From the NCBI RefSeq assembly GCF_009914755.1, contig NC_060942.1: a DNA stretch of 64,000 nt; one strand, written 5' to 3'. A model generated the notes under the pieces. It did no database searches, was not told where the DNA came from, and saw nothing but the letters and a program-made list of their open reading frames with translations. Below, piece after piece: positions 1-13,900 of this stretch; the stretch's first letter is position 1; each line of letters begins with the position of its first letter. Made by a program: the position numbers and the translations under genes. This DNA comes from the human T2T-CHM13v2.0 reference genome, Homo sapiens.

Positions 1-193
1 GACATTTGGAGCGCTTTCAGGCCTACGTTGGAAAAGGAAATATCTTCCCATAACAACTAGACAGAAGCATTCTCAGAAACTAGTTTCTGAGGTGTGTCCT
101 CAACTAACACAGTTGAACATTTCTTTAGACAGAACAGTTTTGAAACACTCTTTTTGTGGAATCTGCAAGTGGCTATTTGGCTAGATTTGAGGA

Positions 194-210
194 TTTCGTT
201 GGAAACGGGA
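194..210 (+). other. CENP-B box (dimer A), representative copy
   Basis: TTTCGTTGGAAACGGGA matches the 17-bp CENP-B box including the core TTCG....A..CGGG. Confidence 0.95.
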
Positions 211-360
211 TTACATATAAAAAGCAGACAGCAGCATTCTCAGAAAGTTCTTTGTGATGATTGCATTCAAGTCACAGAATTGAACATTCCCTTTCACAGA
301 GCAGGTTTGAAACACTCTTTTTGTAGTGTGTGTAAGTGGACATTTGGAGCACTTTCCGGC

Positions 361-377
361 CTAAGGTGAAAAAGGAA
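361..377 (+). other. pJalpha/A-box in the non-CENP-B monomer, representative copy
   Basis: CTAAGGTGAAAAAGGAA at the position homologous to the CENP-B box, in the alternate monomer; resembles the A-type consensus CTAYGGTGRAAAAGGAA. Confidence 0.75.
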
Positions 378-531
378 ATATCTTCCCATAAAAACTAGAC
401 AGAAGCATTCTCAGAAGCTTACTCGTGATGTGTGTCCTCAACTAAAGGAGTAGAACCTTTCTTTTCATAGAGGAGTTTTGAAACGCTCTTTTTGTGGAAT
501 CTGCAAGTGGATATTTGGCTAGTTTGGAGGA

Positions 532-548
532 TTTCGTTGGAAGCGGGA
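532..548 (+). other. CENP-B box (dimer B), overlapping an EcoRI site
   Basis: TTTCGTTGGAAGCGGGA followed by ATTC (GAATTC). Confidence 0.95.
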
Positions 549-869
549 ATTCATACAAATTGCAGACTGCAGCGTTCTGAGAAACATCTTTGTGATGTTT
601 GTATTCAGGACACAGAGTTGAACATTCCCTATCATAGAGCAGGTTTGAATCACTCCTTTTGTAGTATCCGGAAGTGGACATTTGGAGCGCTTTCAGGCCT
701 ATGTTGGAAAAGGAAATATCTTCCCATAACAACTAGACAGAAGCATTCTCAGAAACTTATTTGAGATGTGTGTACTCAACTAAGAGAATTGAACCACCGT
801 TTTGAAGGAGCAGTTTTGAAACACTCTTTTTCTGGAATCTGCAAGTGGATATTTGGCTAGCTTTGGGGA

Positions 870-886
870 TTTCGCTGGAAGCGGGA
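870..886 (+). other. CENP-B box (dimer C)
   Basis: TTTCGCTGGAAGCGGGA; core positions intact. Confidence 0.9.
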
Positions 887-1206
887 ATACATATAAAAAG
901 CACACAGCAGCGTTCTGAGAAACTGCTTTCTGATGTTTGCATTCAAGTCAAAAGTTGAACACTCCCTTTCATAGTGCAGTCCTGAAACACTCCTTTTGTA
1001 GTATCTGGAACTGGACTTTTGGAGCGCTTTCAGGGCTAAGGTGAAAAAGGAAATATCTTCCCATAAAAACTGGACAGAAGCATTCTCAGAAACTTGTTTA
1101 TGCTGTATCTACTCAACTAACAAAGTTGAACCTTTCTTTTGATAGAGCAGTTTTGAAATGCTCTTTTTGTGGAATCTGCAAGTGGATATTTGGCTAGTTT
1201 TGAGGA

Positions 1207-1223
1207 TTTCGTTGGAAGCGGGA
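1207..1223 (+). other. CENP-B box (dimer D), overlapping an EcoRI site
   Basis: TTTCGTTGGAAGCGGGA followed by ATTC. Confidence 0.95.
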
Positions 1224-1544
1224 ATTCATACAAATTGCAGACTGCAGCGTTCTGAGAAACATCTTTGTGATGTTTGTATTCAGGACACAGAGTTGAACAT
1301 TCCCTATCATAGAGCAGGTTGGAATCACTCCTTTTGTAGTATCTGGAAGTGGACATTTGGAGCGCTTTCAGGCCTATGTTGAAAAAGGAAATATCTTCCC
1401 ATAACAACTAGACACAAGCATTCTCAGAAACTTGTTTGTGATGTGTGCCCTCTACTGACAGAGTTGAACCTTTCTTTTCATAGAGCAGTTTTGAAACACT
1501 CTTTTTGTAGAATCTGCAAGAGGATATTTGCATAGCTTTGAGGA

Positions 1545-1561
1545 TTTCGTGGGAAACGGGA
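1545..1561 (+). other. CENP-B box (dimer E)
   Basis: TTTCGTGGGAAACGGGA; core positions intact. Confidence 0.9.
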
Positions 1562-1886
1562 TTGTCTTCAGGTAAAATCTAGACAGAAGCATTCTCAGAA
1601 ACTTCTTTGGGATGTTTGCATTCAAGTCACAGAGGAGAACATTCCCTTTGGTAGAGCAGGTTTGAAACACTCTTTTTGTAGTATCTGGAAGTGGACATTT
1701 GGAGCGCTTTCAGGCCTATGTTGGAAAGGGAAATATCTTCCCGTAACAACTAGGCAGAAGCATTCTCAGAAACTTATTTGAGATGTGTGTACTCAACTAA
1801 GAGAATTGAACCACCGTTTTGAAGGAGCAGTTTTGAAACACTCTTTTTCTGGAATCTGCAAGAGGATATTTGCCTAGCCTTGAGGA

Positions 1887-1903
1887 TTTCGTTGGAAACG
1901 GGA
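1887..1903 (+). other. CENP-B box (dimer F)
   Basis: TTTCGTTGGAAACGGGA. Confidence 0.95.
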
Positions 1904-4900
1904 TTGTCTTCAGATCAAATCTAGACAGAAGCATTCTCAGAAACTTCTTTGGGATGTTTGCATTCAAGTCACAGAGTAGAACATTCCCTTTGGTAGAGCA
2001 GGTTTGAAACACTCTTTTTTTAGTATATGGAAGTGGACATTTGGAGCGCTTTCAGGCCTACGTTGGAAAAGGAAATATCTTCCCATAACAACTAGACAGA
2101 AGCATTCTCAGAAACTAGTTTCTGATGTGTGTCCTCAACTAACACAGTTGAACATTTCTTTAGACAGAACAGTTTTGAAACACTCTTTTTGTGGAATCTG
2201 CAAGTGGCTATTTGGCTAGATTTGAGGATTTCGTTGGAAACGGGATTACATATAAAAAGCAGACAGCAGCATTCTCAGAAAGTTCTTTGTGATGATTGCA
2301 TTCAAGTCACAGAATTGAACATTCCCTTTCACAGAGCAGTTTTGAAACACTCTTTTTGTAGTGTGTGTAAGTGGACATTTGGAGCACTTTCCGGCCTAAG
2401 GTGAAAAAGGAAATATCTTCCCATAAAAACTAGACAGAAGCACTCTCAGAAACTTACTCGTGATGTGTGTCCTCAACTAAAGGAGTAGAACCTTTCTTTT
2501 CATAGAGAAGTTTTGAAACGCTCTTTTTGTGGAATCTGCAAGTGGATATTTGGCTAGTTTGGAGGATTTCGTTGGAAGCGGGAATTCATACAAATTGCAG
2601 ACTGCAGCGTTCTGAGAAACATCTTTGTGATGTTTGTATTCAGGACACAGAGTTGAACATTCCCTATCATAGAGCAGGTTTGAATCACTCCTTTTGTAGT
2701 ATCTGGAAGTGGACATTTGGAGCGCTTTCAGGCCTATGTTGGAAAAGGAAATATCTTCCCATAACAACTAGACAGAAGCATTCTCAGAAACTTATTTGAG
2801 ATGTGTGTACTCAACTAAGAGAATTGAACCACCGTTTTGAAGGAGCAGTTTTGAAACACTCTTTTTCTGGAATCTGCAAGTGGATATTTGGCTAGCTTTG
2901 GGGATTTCGCTGGAAGCGGGAATACATATAAAAAGCACACAGCAGCGTTCTGAGAAACTGCTTTCTGATGTTTGCATTCAAGTCAAAAGTTGAACACTCC
3001 CTTTCATAGTGCAGTCCTGAAACACTCCTTTTGTAGTATCTGGAACTGGACTTTTGGAGCGCTTTCAGGGCTAAGGTGAAAAAGGAAATATCTTCCCATA
3101 AAAACTGGACAGAAGCATTCTCAGAAACTTGTTTATGCTGTATCTACTCAACTAACAAAGTTGAACCTTTCTTTTGATAGAGCAGTTTTGAAATGCTCTT
3201 TTTGTGGAATCTGCAAGTGGATATTTGGCTAGTTTTGAGGATTTCGTTGGAAGCGGGAATTCATACAAATTGCAGACTGCAGGATTCTGAGAAACATCTT
3301 TGTGATGTTTCTATTCAGGACAGAGAGTTGAACATTCCCTATCATAGAGCAGGTTGGAATCACTCCTTTTGTAGTATCTGGAAGTGGACATTTGGAGCGC
3401 TTTCAGGCCTATGTTGAAAAAGGAAATATCTTCCCATAACAACTAGACACAAGCATTCTCAGAAACTTGTTTGTGATGTGTGCCCTCTACTGACAGAGTT
3501 GAACCTTTCTTTTCATAGAGCAGTTTTGAAACACTCTTTTTGTAGAATCTGCAAGAGGATATTTGCATAGCTTTGAGGATTTCGTGGGAAACGGGATTGT
3601 CTTCAGGTAAAATCTAGACAGAAGCATTCTCAGAAACTTCTTTGGGATGTTTGCATTCAAGTCACAGAGTAGAACATTCCCTTTGGTAGAGCAGGTTTGA
3701 AACACTCTTTTTGTAGTATCTGGAAGTGGACATTTGGAGCGCTTTCAGGCCTATGTTGGAAAGGGAAATATCTTCCCGTAACAACTAGGCAGAAGCATTC
3801 TCAGAAACTTATTTGAGATGTGTGTACTCAACTAAGAGAATTGAACCACCGTTTTGAAGGAGCAGTTTTGAAACACTCTTTTTCTGGAATCTGCAAGAGG
3901 ATATTTGCCTAGCCTTGAGGATTTCGTTGGAAACGGGATTGTCTTCAGATCAAATCTAGACAGAAGCATTCTCAGAAACTTCTTTGGGATGTTTGCATTC
4001 AAGTCACAGAGTAGAACATTCCCTTTGGTAGAGCAGGTTTGAAACACTCTTTTTTTAGTATATGGAAGTGGACATTTGGAGCGCTTTCAGGCCTACGTTG
4101 GAAAAGGAAATATCTTCCCATAACAACTAGACAGAAGCATTCTCAGAAACTAGTTTCTGATGTGTGTCCTCAACTAACACAGTTGAACATTTCTTTAGAC
4201 AGAACAGTTTTGAAACTCTCTTTTTGTGGAATCTGCAAGTGGCTATTTGGCTAGATTTGAGGATTTCGTTGGAAACGGGATTACATATAAAAAGCAGACA
4301 GCAGCATTCTCAGAAAGTTCTTTGTGATGATTGCATTCAAGTCACAGAATTGAACATTCCCTTTCACAGAGCAGGTTTGAAACACTCTTTTTATAGTGTG
4401 TGTAAGTGGACATTTGGAGCACTTTCCGGCCTAAGGTGAAAAAGGAAATATCTTCCCATAAAAACTAGACAGAAGCATTCTCAGAAACTTACTCGTGATG
4501 TGTGTCCTCAACTAAAGGAGTAGAACCTTTCTTTTCATAGAGAAGTTTTGAAACGCTCTTTTTGTGGAATCTGCAAGTGGATATTTGGCTAGTTTGGAGG
4601 ATTTCGTTGGAAGCGGGAATTCATACAAATTGCAGACTGCAGCGTTCTGAGAAACATCTTTGTGATGTTTGTATTCAGGACACAGAGTTGAACATTCCCT
4701 ATCATAGAGCAGGTTGGAATCACTCCTTTTGTAGTATCTGGAAGTGGACATTTGGAGCGCTTTCAGGCCTATGTTGGAAAAGGAAATATCTTCCCATAAC
4801 AACTAGACAGAAGCATTCTCAGAAACTTATTTGAGATGTGTGTACTCAACTAAGAGAATTGAACCACCGTTTTGAAGGAGCAGTTTTGAAACACTCTTTT

Positions 4901-7900
4901 TCTGGAATCTGCAAGTGGATATTTGGCTAGCTTTGGGGATTTCGCTGGAGGCGGGAATACATATAAAAAGCACACAGCAGCGTTCTGAGAAACTGCTTTC
5001 TGATGTTTGCATTCAAGTCAAAAGTTGAACACTCCCTTTCATAGAGCAGTCCTGAAACACTCCTTTTGTAGTATCTGGAACTGGACTTTTGGAGCGCTTT
5101 CAGGGCTAAGGTGAAAAAGGAAATATCTTCCCATAAAAACTGGACAGAAGCATTCTCAGAAACTTGTTTATGCTGTATCTACTCAACTAACAAAGTTGAA
5201 CCTTTCTTTTGATAGAGCAGTTTTGAAATGCTCTTTTTGTGGAATCTGCAAGTGGATATTTGGCTAGTTTTGAGGATTTCGTTGGAAGCGGGAATTCATA
5301 CAAATTGCAGACTGCAGCGTTCTGAGAAACATCTTTGTGATGTTTGTATTCAGGACACAGAGTTGAACATTCCCTATCATAGAGCTGGTTGGAATCACTC
5401 CTTTTGTAGTATCTGGAAGTGGACATTTGGAGCGCTTTCTGGCCTATGTTGAAAAAGGAAATATCTTCCCATAACAACTAGACACAAGCATTCTCAGAAA
5501 CTTGTTTGTGATGTGTGCCCTCTACTGACAGAGTTGAACCTTTCTTTTCATAGAGCAGTTTTGAAACACTCTTTTTGTAGAATCTGCAAGAGGATTTTTG
5601 CATAGCTTTGAGGATTTCGTGGGAAACGGGATTGTCTTCAGGTAAAATCTAGACAGAAGCATTCTCAGAAACTTCTTTAGGATGTTTGCATTCAAGTCAC
5701 AGAGTAGAACATTCCCTTTGGTAGAGCAGGTTTGAAACACTCTTTTTGTAGTATCTGGAAGTGGACATTTGGAGCGCTTTCAGGCCTATGTTGGAAAGGG
5801 AAATATCTTCCGGTAACAACTAGGCAGAAGCATTCTCAGAAACTTATTTGAGATGTGTGTACTCAACTAAGAGAATTGAACCACCGTTTTGAAGGAGCAG
5901 TTTTGAAACACTCTTTTTCTGGAATCTGCAAGAGGATATTTGCCTAGCTTTGAGGATTTCGTTGGAAACGGGATTGTGTTCAGATCAAATCTAGACAGAA
6001 GCATTCTCAGAAACTTCTTTGGGATGTTTGCATTCAAGTCACAGAGTAGAACATTCCCTTTGGTAGAGCAGGTGTGAAACACTCTTTTTTTAGTATATGG
6101 AAGTGGACATTTGGAGCGCTTTCAGGCCTACGTTGGAAAAGGAAATATCTTCCCATAACAACTAGACAGAAGCATTCTCAGAAACTAGTTTCTGATGTGT
6201 GTCCTCAACTAACACAGTTGAACATTTCTTTAGACAGAACAGTTTTGAAACTCTCTTTTTGTGGAATCTGCAAGTGGCTATTTGGCTAGATTTGAGGATT
6301 TCGTTGGAAACGGGATTACATATAAAAAGCAGACAGCAGCATTCTCAGAAAGTTCTTTGTGATGATTGCATTCAAGTCACAGAATTGAACATTCCCTTTC
6401 ACAGAGCAGGTTTGAAACACTCTTTTTGTAGTGTGTGTAAGTGGACATTTGGAGCACTTTCCGGCCTAAGGTGAGAAAGGAAATATCTTCCCATAAAAAC
6501 TAGACAGAAGCATTCTCAGAAACTTACTCGTGATGTGTGTCCTCAACTAAAGGAGTAGAACCTTTCTTTCATAGAGAAGTTTTGAAACGCTCTTTTTGTG
6601 GAATCTGCAAGTGGATATTTGGCTAGTTTGGAGGATTTCGTTGGAAGCGGGAATTCATACAAATTGCAGACTGCAGCGTTCTGAGAAACATCTTTGTGAT
6701 GTTTGTATTCAGGACACAGAGTTGAACATTCCCTATCATAGAGCAGGTTGGAATCACTCCTTTTGTAGTATCTGGAAGTGGACATTTGGAGCGCTTTCAG
6801 GCCTATGTTGGAAAAGGAAATATCTTCCCATAACAACTAGACAGAAGCATTCTCAGAAACTTATTTGAGATGTGTGTACTCAACTAAGAGAATTGAACCA
6901 CCGTTTTGAAGGAGCAGTTTTGAAACACTCTTTTTCTGGAATCTGCAAGTGGATATTTGGCTAGCTTTGGGGATTTCGCTGGAGGCGGGAATACATATAA
7001 AAAGCACACAGCAGCGTTCTGAGAAACTGCTTTCTGATGTTTGCATTCAAGTCAAAAGTTGAACACTCCCTTTCATAGAGCAGTCCTGAAACACTCCTTT
7101 TGTAGTATCTGGAACTGGACTTTTGGAGCGCTTTCAGGGCTAAGGTGAAAAAGGAAATATCTTCCCATAAAAACTGGACAGAAGCATTCTCAGAAACTTG
7201 TTTATGCTGTATCTACTCAACTAACAAAGTTGAACCTTTCTTTTGATAGAGCAGTTTTGAAATGCTCTTTTTGTGGAATCTGCAAGTGGATATTTGGCTA
7301 GTTTTGAGGATTTCGTTGGAAGCGGGAATTCATACAAATTGCAGACTGCAGCGTTCTGAGAAACATCTTTGTGATGTTTGCATTCAGGACAGAGAGTTGA
7401 ACATTCCCTATCATAGAGCAGGTTGGAATCACTCCTTTTGTAGTATCTGGAAGTGGACATTTGGAGCGCTTTCTGGCCTATGTTGAAAAAGGAAATATCT
7501 TCCCATAACAACTAGACACAAGCATTCTCAGAAACTTGTTTGTGATGTGTGCCCTCTACTGACAGAGTTGAACCTTTCTTTTCATAGAGCAGTTTTGAAA
7601 CACTCTTTTTGTAGAATCTGCAAGAGGATTTTTGCATAGCTTTGAGGATTTCGTGGGAAACGGGATTGTCTTCAGGTAAAATCTAGACAGAAGCATTCTC
7701 AGAAACTTCTTTGGGATGTTTGCATTCAAGTCACAGAGTAGAACATTCCCTTTGGTAGAGCAGGTTTGAAACACTCTTTTTGTAGTATCTGGAAGTGGAC
7801 ATTTGGAGCGCTTTCAGGCCTATGTTGGAAAGGGAAATATCTTCCCGTAACAACTAGGCAGAAGCATTCTCAGAAACTTATTTGAGATGTGTGTACTCAA

Positions 7901-10900
7901 CTAAGAGAATTGAACCACCGTTTTGAAGGAGCAGTTTTGAAACACTCTTTTTCTGGAATCTGCAAGAGGATATTTGCCTAGCTTTGAGGATTTCGTTGGA
8001 AACGGGATTGTCTTCAGATCAAATCTAGACAGAAGCATTCTCAGAAACTTCTTTGGGATGTTTGCATTCAAGTCACAGAGTAGAACATTCCCTTTGGTAG
8101 AGCAGGTGTGAAACACTCTTTTTTTAGTATATGGAAGTGGACATTTGGAGCGCTTTCAGGCCTACGTTGGAAAAGGAAATATCTTCCCATAACAACTAGA
8201 CAGAAGCATTCTCAGAAACTAGTTTCTGATGTGTGTCCTCAACTAACACAGTTGAACATTTCTTTAGACAGAACAGTTTTGAAACTCTCTTTTTGTGGAA
8301 TCTGCAAGTGGCTATTTGGCTAGATTTGAGGATTTCGTTGGAAACGGGATTACATATAAAAAGCAGACAGCAGCATTCTCAGAAAGTTCTTTGTGATGAT
8401 TGCATTCAAGTCACAGAATTGAACATTCCCTTTCACAGAGCAGGTTTGAAACACTCTTTTTGTAGTGTGTGTAAGTGGACATTTGGAGCACTTTCCGGCC
8501 TAAGGTGAGAAAGGAAATATCTTCCCATAAAAACTAGACAGAAGCATTCTCAGAAACTTACTCGTGATGTGTGTCCTCAACTAAAGGAGTAGAACCTTTC
8601 TTTCATAGAGAAGTTTTGAAACGCTCTTTTTGTGGAATCTGCAAGTGGATATTTGGCTAGTTTGGAGGATTTCGTTGGAAGCGGGAATTCATACAAATTG
8701 CAGACTGCAGCGTTCTGAGAAACATCTTTGTGATGTTTGTATTCAGGACACAGAGTTGAACATTCCCTATCATAGAGCAGGTTGGAATCACTCCTTTTGT
8801 AGTATCTGGAAGTGGACATTTGGAGCGCTTTCAGGCCTATGTTGGAAAAGGAAATATCTTCCCATAACAACTAGACAGAAGCATTCTCAGAAACTTATTT
8901 GAGATGTGTGTACTCAACTAAGAGAATTGAACCACCGTTTTGAAGGAGCAGTTTTGAAACACTCTTTTTCTGGAATCTGCAAGTGGATATTTGGCTAGCT
9001 TTGGGGATTTCGCTGGAGGCGGGAATACATATAAAAAGCACACAGCAGCGTTCTGAGAAACTGCTTTCTGATGTTTGCATTCAAGTCAAAAGTTGAACAC
9101 TCCCTTTCATAGAGCAGTCCTGAAACACTCCTTTTGTAGTATCTGGAACTGGACTTTTGGAGCGCTTTCAGGGCTAAGGTGAAAAAGGAAATATCTTCCC
9201 ATAAAAACTGGACAGAAGCATTCTCAGAAACTTGTTTATGCTGTATCTACTCAACTAACAAAGTTGAACCTTTCTTTTGATAGAGCAGTTTTGAAATGCT
9301 CTTTTTGTGGAATCTGCAAGTGGATATTTGGCTAGTTTTGAGGATTTCGCTGGAAGCGGGAATTCATACAAATTGCAGACTGCAGCGTTCTGAGAAACAT
9401 CTTTGTGATGTTTGTATTCAGGACACAGAGTTGAACATTCCCTATCATAGAGCAGGTTGGAATCACTCCTTTTGTAGTATCTGGAAGTGGACATTTGGAG
9501 CGCTTTCAGGCCTATGTTGAAAAAGGAAATATCTTCCCATAACAACTAGACACAAGCATTCTCAGAAACTTGTTTGTGATGTGTGCCCTCTACTGACAGA
9601 GTTGAACCTTTCTTTTCATAGAGCAGTTTTGAAACACTCTTTTTGTAGAATCTGCAAGAGGATATTTGCATAGCTTTGAGGATTTCGTGGGAAACGGGAT
9701 TGTCTTCAGGTAAAATCTAGACAGAAGCATTCTCAGAAACTTCTTTGGGATGTTTGCATTCAAGTCACAGAGTAGAACATTCCCTTTGGTAGAGCAGGTT
9801 TGAAACACTCTTTTTGTAGTATCTGGAAGTGGACATTTGGAGCGCTTTCAGGCCTATGTTGGAAAGGGAAATATCTTCCCGTAACAACTAGGCAGAAGCA
9901 TTCTCAGAAACTTATTTGAGATGTGTGTACTCAACTAAGAGAATTGAACCACCGTTTTGAAGGAGCAGTTTTGAAACACTCTTTTTCTGGAATCTGCAAG
10001 AGGATATTTGCCTAGCCTTGAGGATTTCGTTGGAAACGGGATTGTCTTCAGATCAAATCTAGACAGAAGCATTCTCAGAAACTTCTTTGGGATGTTTGCA
10101 TTCAAGTCACAGAGTAGAACATTCCCTTTGGTAGAGCAGGTTTGAAACACTCTTTTTTTAGTATATGGAAGTGGACATTTGGAGCGCTTTCAGGCCTACG
10201 TTGGAAACGAAAATATCTTCCCATAACAACTAGACAGAAGCATTCTCAGAAACTAGTTTCTGATGTGTGTCCTCAACTAACACAGTTGAACATTTCTTTA
10301 GACAGAACAGTTTTGAAACACTCTTTTTGTGGAATCTGCAAGTGGCTATTTGGCTAGATTTGAGGATTTCGTTGGAAACGGGATTACATATAAAAAGCAG
10401 ACAGCAGCATTCTCAGAAAGTTCTTTGTGATGATTGCATTCAAGTCACAGAATTGAACATTCCCTTTCACAGAGCAGGTTTGAAACACTCTTTTTGTAGT
10501 GTGTGTAAGTGGACATTTGGAGCACTTTCCAGCCTAAGGTGAAAAAGGAAATATCTTCCCATAAAAACTAGACAGAAGCACTCTCAGAAACTTACTCGTG
10601 ATGTGTGTCCTCAACTAAAGGAGTAGAACCTTTCTTTTCATAGAGAAGTTTTGAAACGCTCTTTTTGTGGAATCTGCAAGTGGATATTTGGCTACTTTGG
10701 AGGATTTCGTTGGAAGCGGGAATTCATACAAATTGCAGACTGCAGCGTTCTGAGAAACATCTTTGTGATGTTTGTATTCAGGACACAGAGTTGAACATTC
10801 CCTATCATAGAGCAGGTTTGAATCACTCCTTTTGTAGTATCTGGAAGTGGACATTTGGAGCGCTTTCAGGCCTATGTTGGAAAATGAAATATCTTCCCAT

Positions 10901-13900
10901 AACAACTAGACAGAAGCATTCTCAGAAACTTATTTGAGATGTGTGTACTCAACTAAGAGAATTGAACCACCGTTTTGAAGGAGCAGTTTTGAAACACTCT
11001 TTTTCTGGAATCTGCAAGTGGATATTTGGCTAGCTTTGGGGATTTCGCTGGAAGCGGGAATACATATAAAAAGCACACAGCAGCGTTCTGAGAAACTGCT
11101 TTCTGATGTTTGCATTCAAGTCAAAAGTTGAACACTCCCTTTCATAGTGCAGTCCTGAAACACTCCTTTTGTAGTATCTGGAACTGGACTTTTGGAGCGC
11201 TTTCAGGGCTAAGGTGAAAAAGGAAATATCTTCCCATAAAAACTGGACAGAAGCATTCTCAGAAACTTGTTTATGCTGTATCTACTCAACTAACAAAGTT
11301 GAACCTTTCTTTTGATAGAGCAGTTTTGAAATGCTCTTTTTGTGGAATCTGCAAGTGGATATTTGGCTAGTTTTGAGGATTTCGTTGGAAGCGGGAATTC
11401 ATACAAATTGCAGACTGCAGCGTTCTGAGAAACATCTTTGTGATGTTTGTATTCAGGACAGAGAGTTGAACATTCCCTATCATAGAGCAGGTTGGAATCA
11501 CTCCTTTTGTAGTATCTGGAAGTGGACATTTGGAGCGCTTTCAGGCCTATGTTGAAAAAGGAAATATCTTCCCATAACAACTAGACACAAGCATTCTCAG
11601 AAACTTGTTTGTGATGTGTGCCCTCTACTGACAGAGTTGAACCTTTCTTTTCATAGAGCAGTTTTGAAACACTCTTTTTGTAGAATCTGCAAGAGGATAT
11701 TTGCATAGCTTTGAGGATTTCGTGGGAAACGGGATTGTCTTCAGGTAAAATCTAGACAGAAGCATTCTCAGAAACTTCTTTGGGATGTTTGCATTCAAGT
11801 CACAGAGTAGAACATTCCCTTTGGTAGAGCAGGTTTGAAACACTCTTTTTGTAGTATCTGGAAGTGGACATTTGGAGCGCTTTCAGGCCTATGTTGGAAA
11901 GGGAAATATCTTCCCGTAACAACTAGGCAGAAGCATTCTCAGAAACTTATTTGAGATGTGTGTACTCAACTAAGAGAATTGAACCACCGTTTTGAAGGAG
12001 CAGTTTTGAAACACTCTTTTTCTGGAATCTGCAAGACGATATTTGCCTAGCCTTGAGGATTTCGTTGGAAACGGGATTGTCTTCAGATCAAATCTAGACA
12101 GAAGCATTCTCAGAAACTTCTTTGGGATGTTTGCATTCAAGTCACAGAGTAGAACATTCCCTTTGGTAGAGCAGGTTTGAAACACTCTTTTTTTAGTATA
12201 TGGAAGTGGACATTTGGAGCGCTTTCAGGCCTACGTTGGAAAAGGAAATATCTTCCCATAACAACTAGACAGAAGCATTCTCAGAAACTAGTTTCTGATG
12301 TGTGTCCTCAACTAACACAGTTGAACATTTCTTTAGACAGAACAGTTTTGAAACACTCTTTTTGTGGAATCTGCAAGTGGCTATTTGGCTAGATTTGAGG
12401 ATTTCGTTGGAAACGGGATTACATATAAAAAGCAGACAGCAGCATTCTCAGAAAGTTCTTTGTGATGATTGCATTCAAGTCACAGAATTGAACATTCCCT
12501 TTCACAGAGCAGGTTTGAAACACTCTTTTTGTAGTGTGTGTAAGTGGACATTTGGAGCACTTTCCGGCCTAAGGTGAAAAAGGAAATATCTTCCCATAAA
12601 AACTAGACAGAAGCACTCTCAGAAACTTACTCGTGATGTGTGTCCTCAACTAAAGGAGTAGAACCTTTCTTTTCATAGAGAAGTTTTGAAACGCTCTTTT
12701 TGTGGAATCTGCAAGTGGATATTTGGCTAGTTTGGAGGATTTCGTTGGAAGCGGGAATTCATACAAATTGCAGACTGCAGCGTTGTGAGAAACATCTTTG
12801 TGATGTTTGTATTCAGGACACAGAGTTGAACATTCCCTATCATAGAGCAGGTTTGAATCACTCCTTTTGTAGTATCTGGAAGTGGACATTTGGAGCGCTT
12901 TCAGGCCTATGTTGGAAAAGGAAATATCTTCCCATAACAACTAGACAGAAGCATTCTCAGAAACTTATTTGAGATGTGTGTACTCAACTAAGAGAATTGA
13001 ACCACCGTTTTGAAGGAGCAGTTTTGAAACACTCTTTTTCTGGAATCTGCAAGTGGATATTTGGCTAGCTTTGGGGATTTCGCTGGAAGCGGGAATACAT
13101 ATAAAAAGCACACAGCAGCGTTCTGAGAAACTGCTTTCTGATGTTTGCATTCAAGTCAAAAGTTGAACACTCCCTTTCATAGTGCAGTCCTGAAACACTC
13201 CTTTTGTAGTATCTGTAACTGGACTTTTGGAGCGCTTTCAGGGCTAAGGTGAAAAAGGAAATATCTTCCCATAAAAACTGGACAGAAGCATTCTCAGAAA
13301 CTTGTTTATGCTGTATCTACTCAACTAACAAAGTTGAACCTTTCTTTTGATAGAGCAGTTTTGAAATGCTCTTTTTGTGGAATCTGCAAGTGGATATTTG
13401 GCTAGTTTTGAGGATTTCGTTGGAAGCGGGAATTCATACAAATTGCAGACTGCAGCGTTCTGAGAAACATCTTTGTGATGTTTGTATTCAGGACAGAGAG
13501 TTGAACATTCCCTATCATAGAGCAGGTTGGAATCACTCCTTTTGTAGTATCTGGAAGTGGACATTTGGAGCGCTTTCAGGCCTATGTTGAAAAAGGAAAT
13601 ATCTTCCCATAACAACTAGACACAAGCATTCTCAGAAACTTGTTTGTGATGTGTGCCCTCTACTGACAGAGTTGAACCTTTCTTTTCATAGAGCAGTTTA
13701 GAAACACTCTTTTTGTAGAATCTGCAAGAGGATATTTGCATAGCTTTGAGGATTTCGTGGGAAACGGGATTGTCTTCAGGTAAAATCTAGACAGAAGCAT
13801 TCTCAGAAACTTCTTTGGGATGTTTGCATTCAAGTCACAGAGTAGAACATTCCCTTTGGTAGAGCAGGTTTGAAACACTCTTTTTGTAGTATCTGGAAGT

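Larger units (their letters stand above)
68..2102 (+). repeat. Reference 12-mer HOR unit: dimers A(68) B(406) C(744) D(1081) E(1419) F(1761)
   Basis: Dimer-diagnostic starts: A aaactagtttctga, B cttactcgtgatg, C cttatttgag..ctttggggatttcgctgg, D cttgtttatgctg, E cttgtttgtgatgtgtgccc, F cttatttgag..gcctagccttgagg. Lengths 338+338+337+338+342+342=2035. Confidence 0.95.

Noticed and set aside
70-78. TTCTCAGAA matching a STAT GAS-type motif (TTCNNNGAA), and TATAAAA TATA-like motifs in dimers A and C
   Set aside because: These are short motifs built into the satellite monomers; nothing in the sequence supports promoter or enhancer function.
68-2102. Assignment to the X-chromosome 12-mer DXZ1
   Set aside because: DXZ1 is a pentamer-based (SF3) HOR of about 2.06 kb; this repeat is strictly dimeric and 2035 bp.
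4940-4956. CENP-B box variants ggaggcggga, ttcgctgg and ttcgtagg as loss-of-function alleles
   Set aside because: The changes fall outside the core TTCG....A..CGGG positions, so they were used only as lineage markers.
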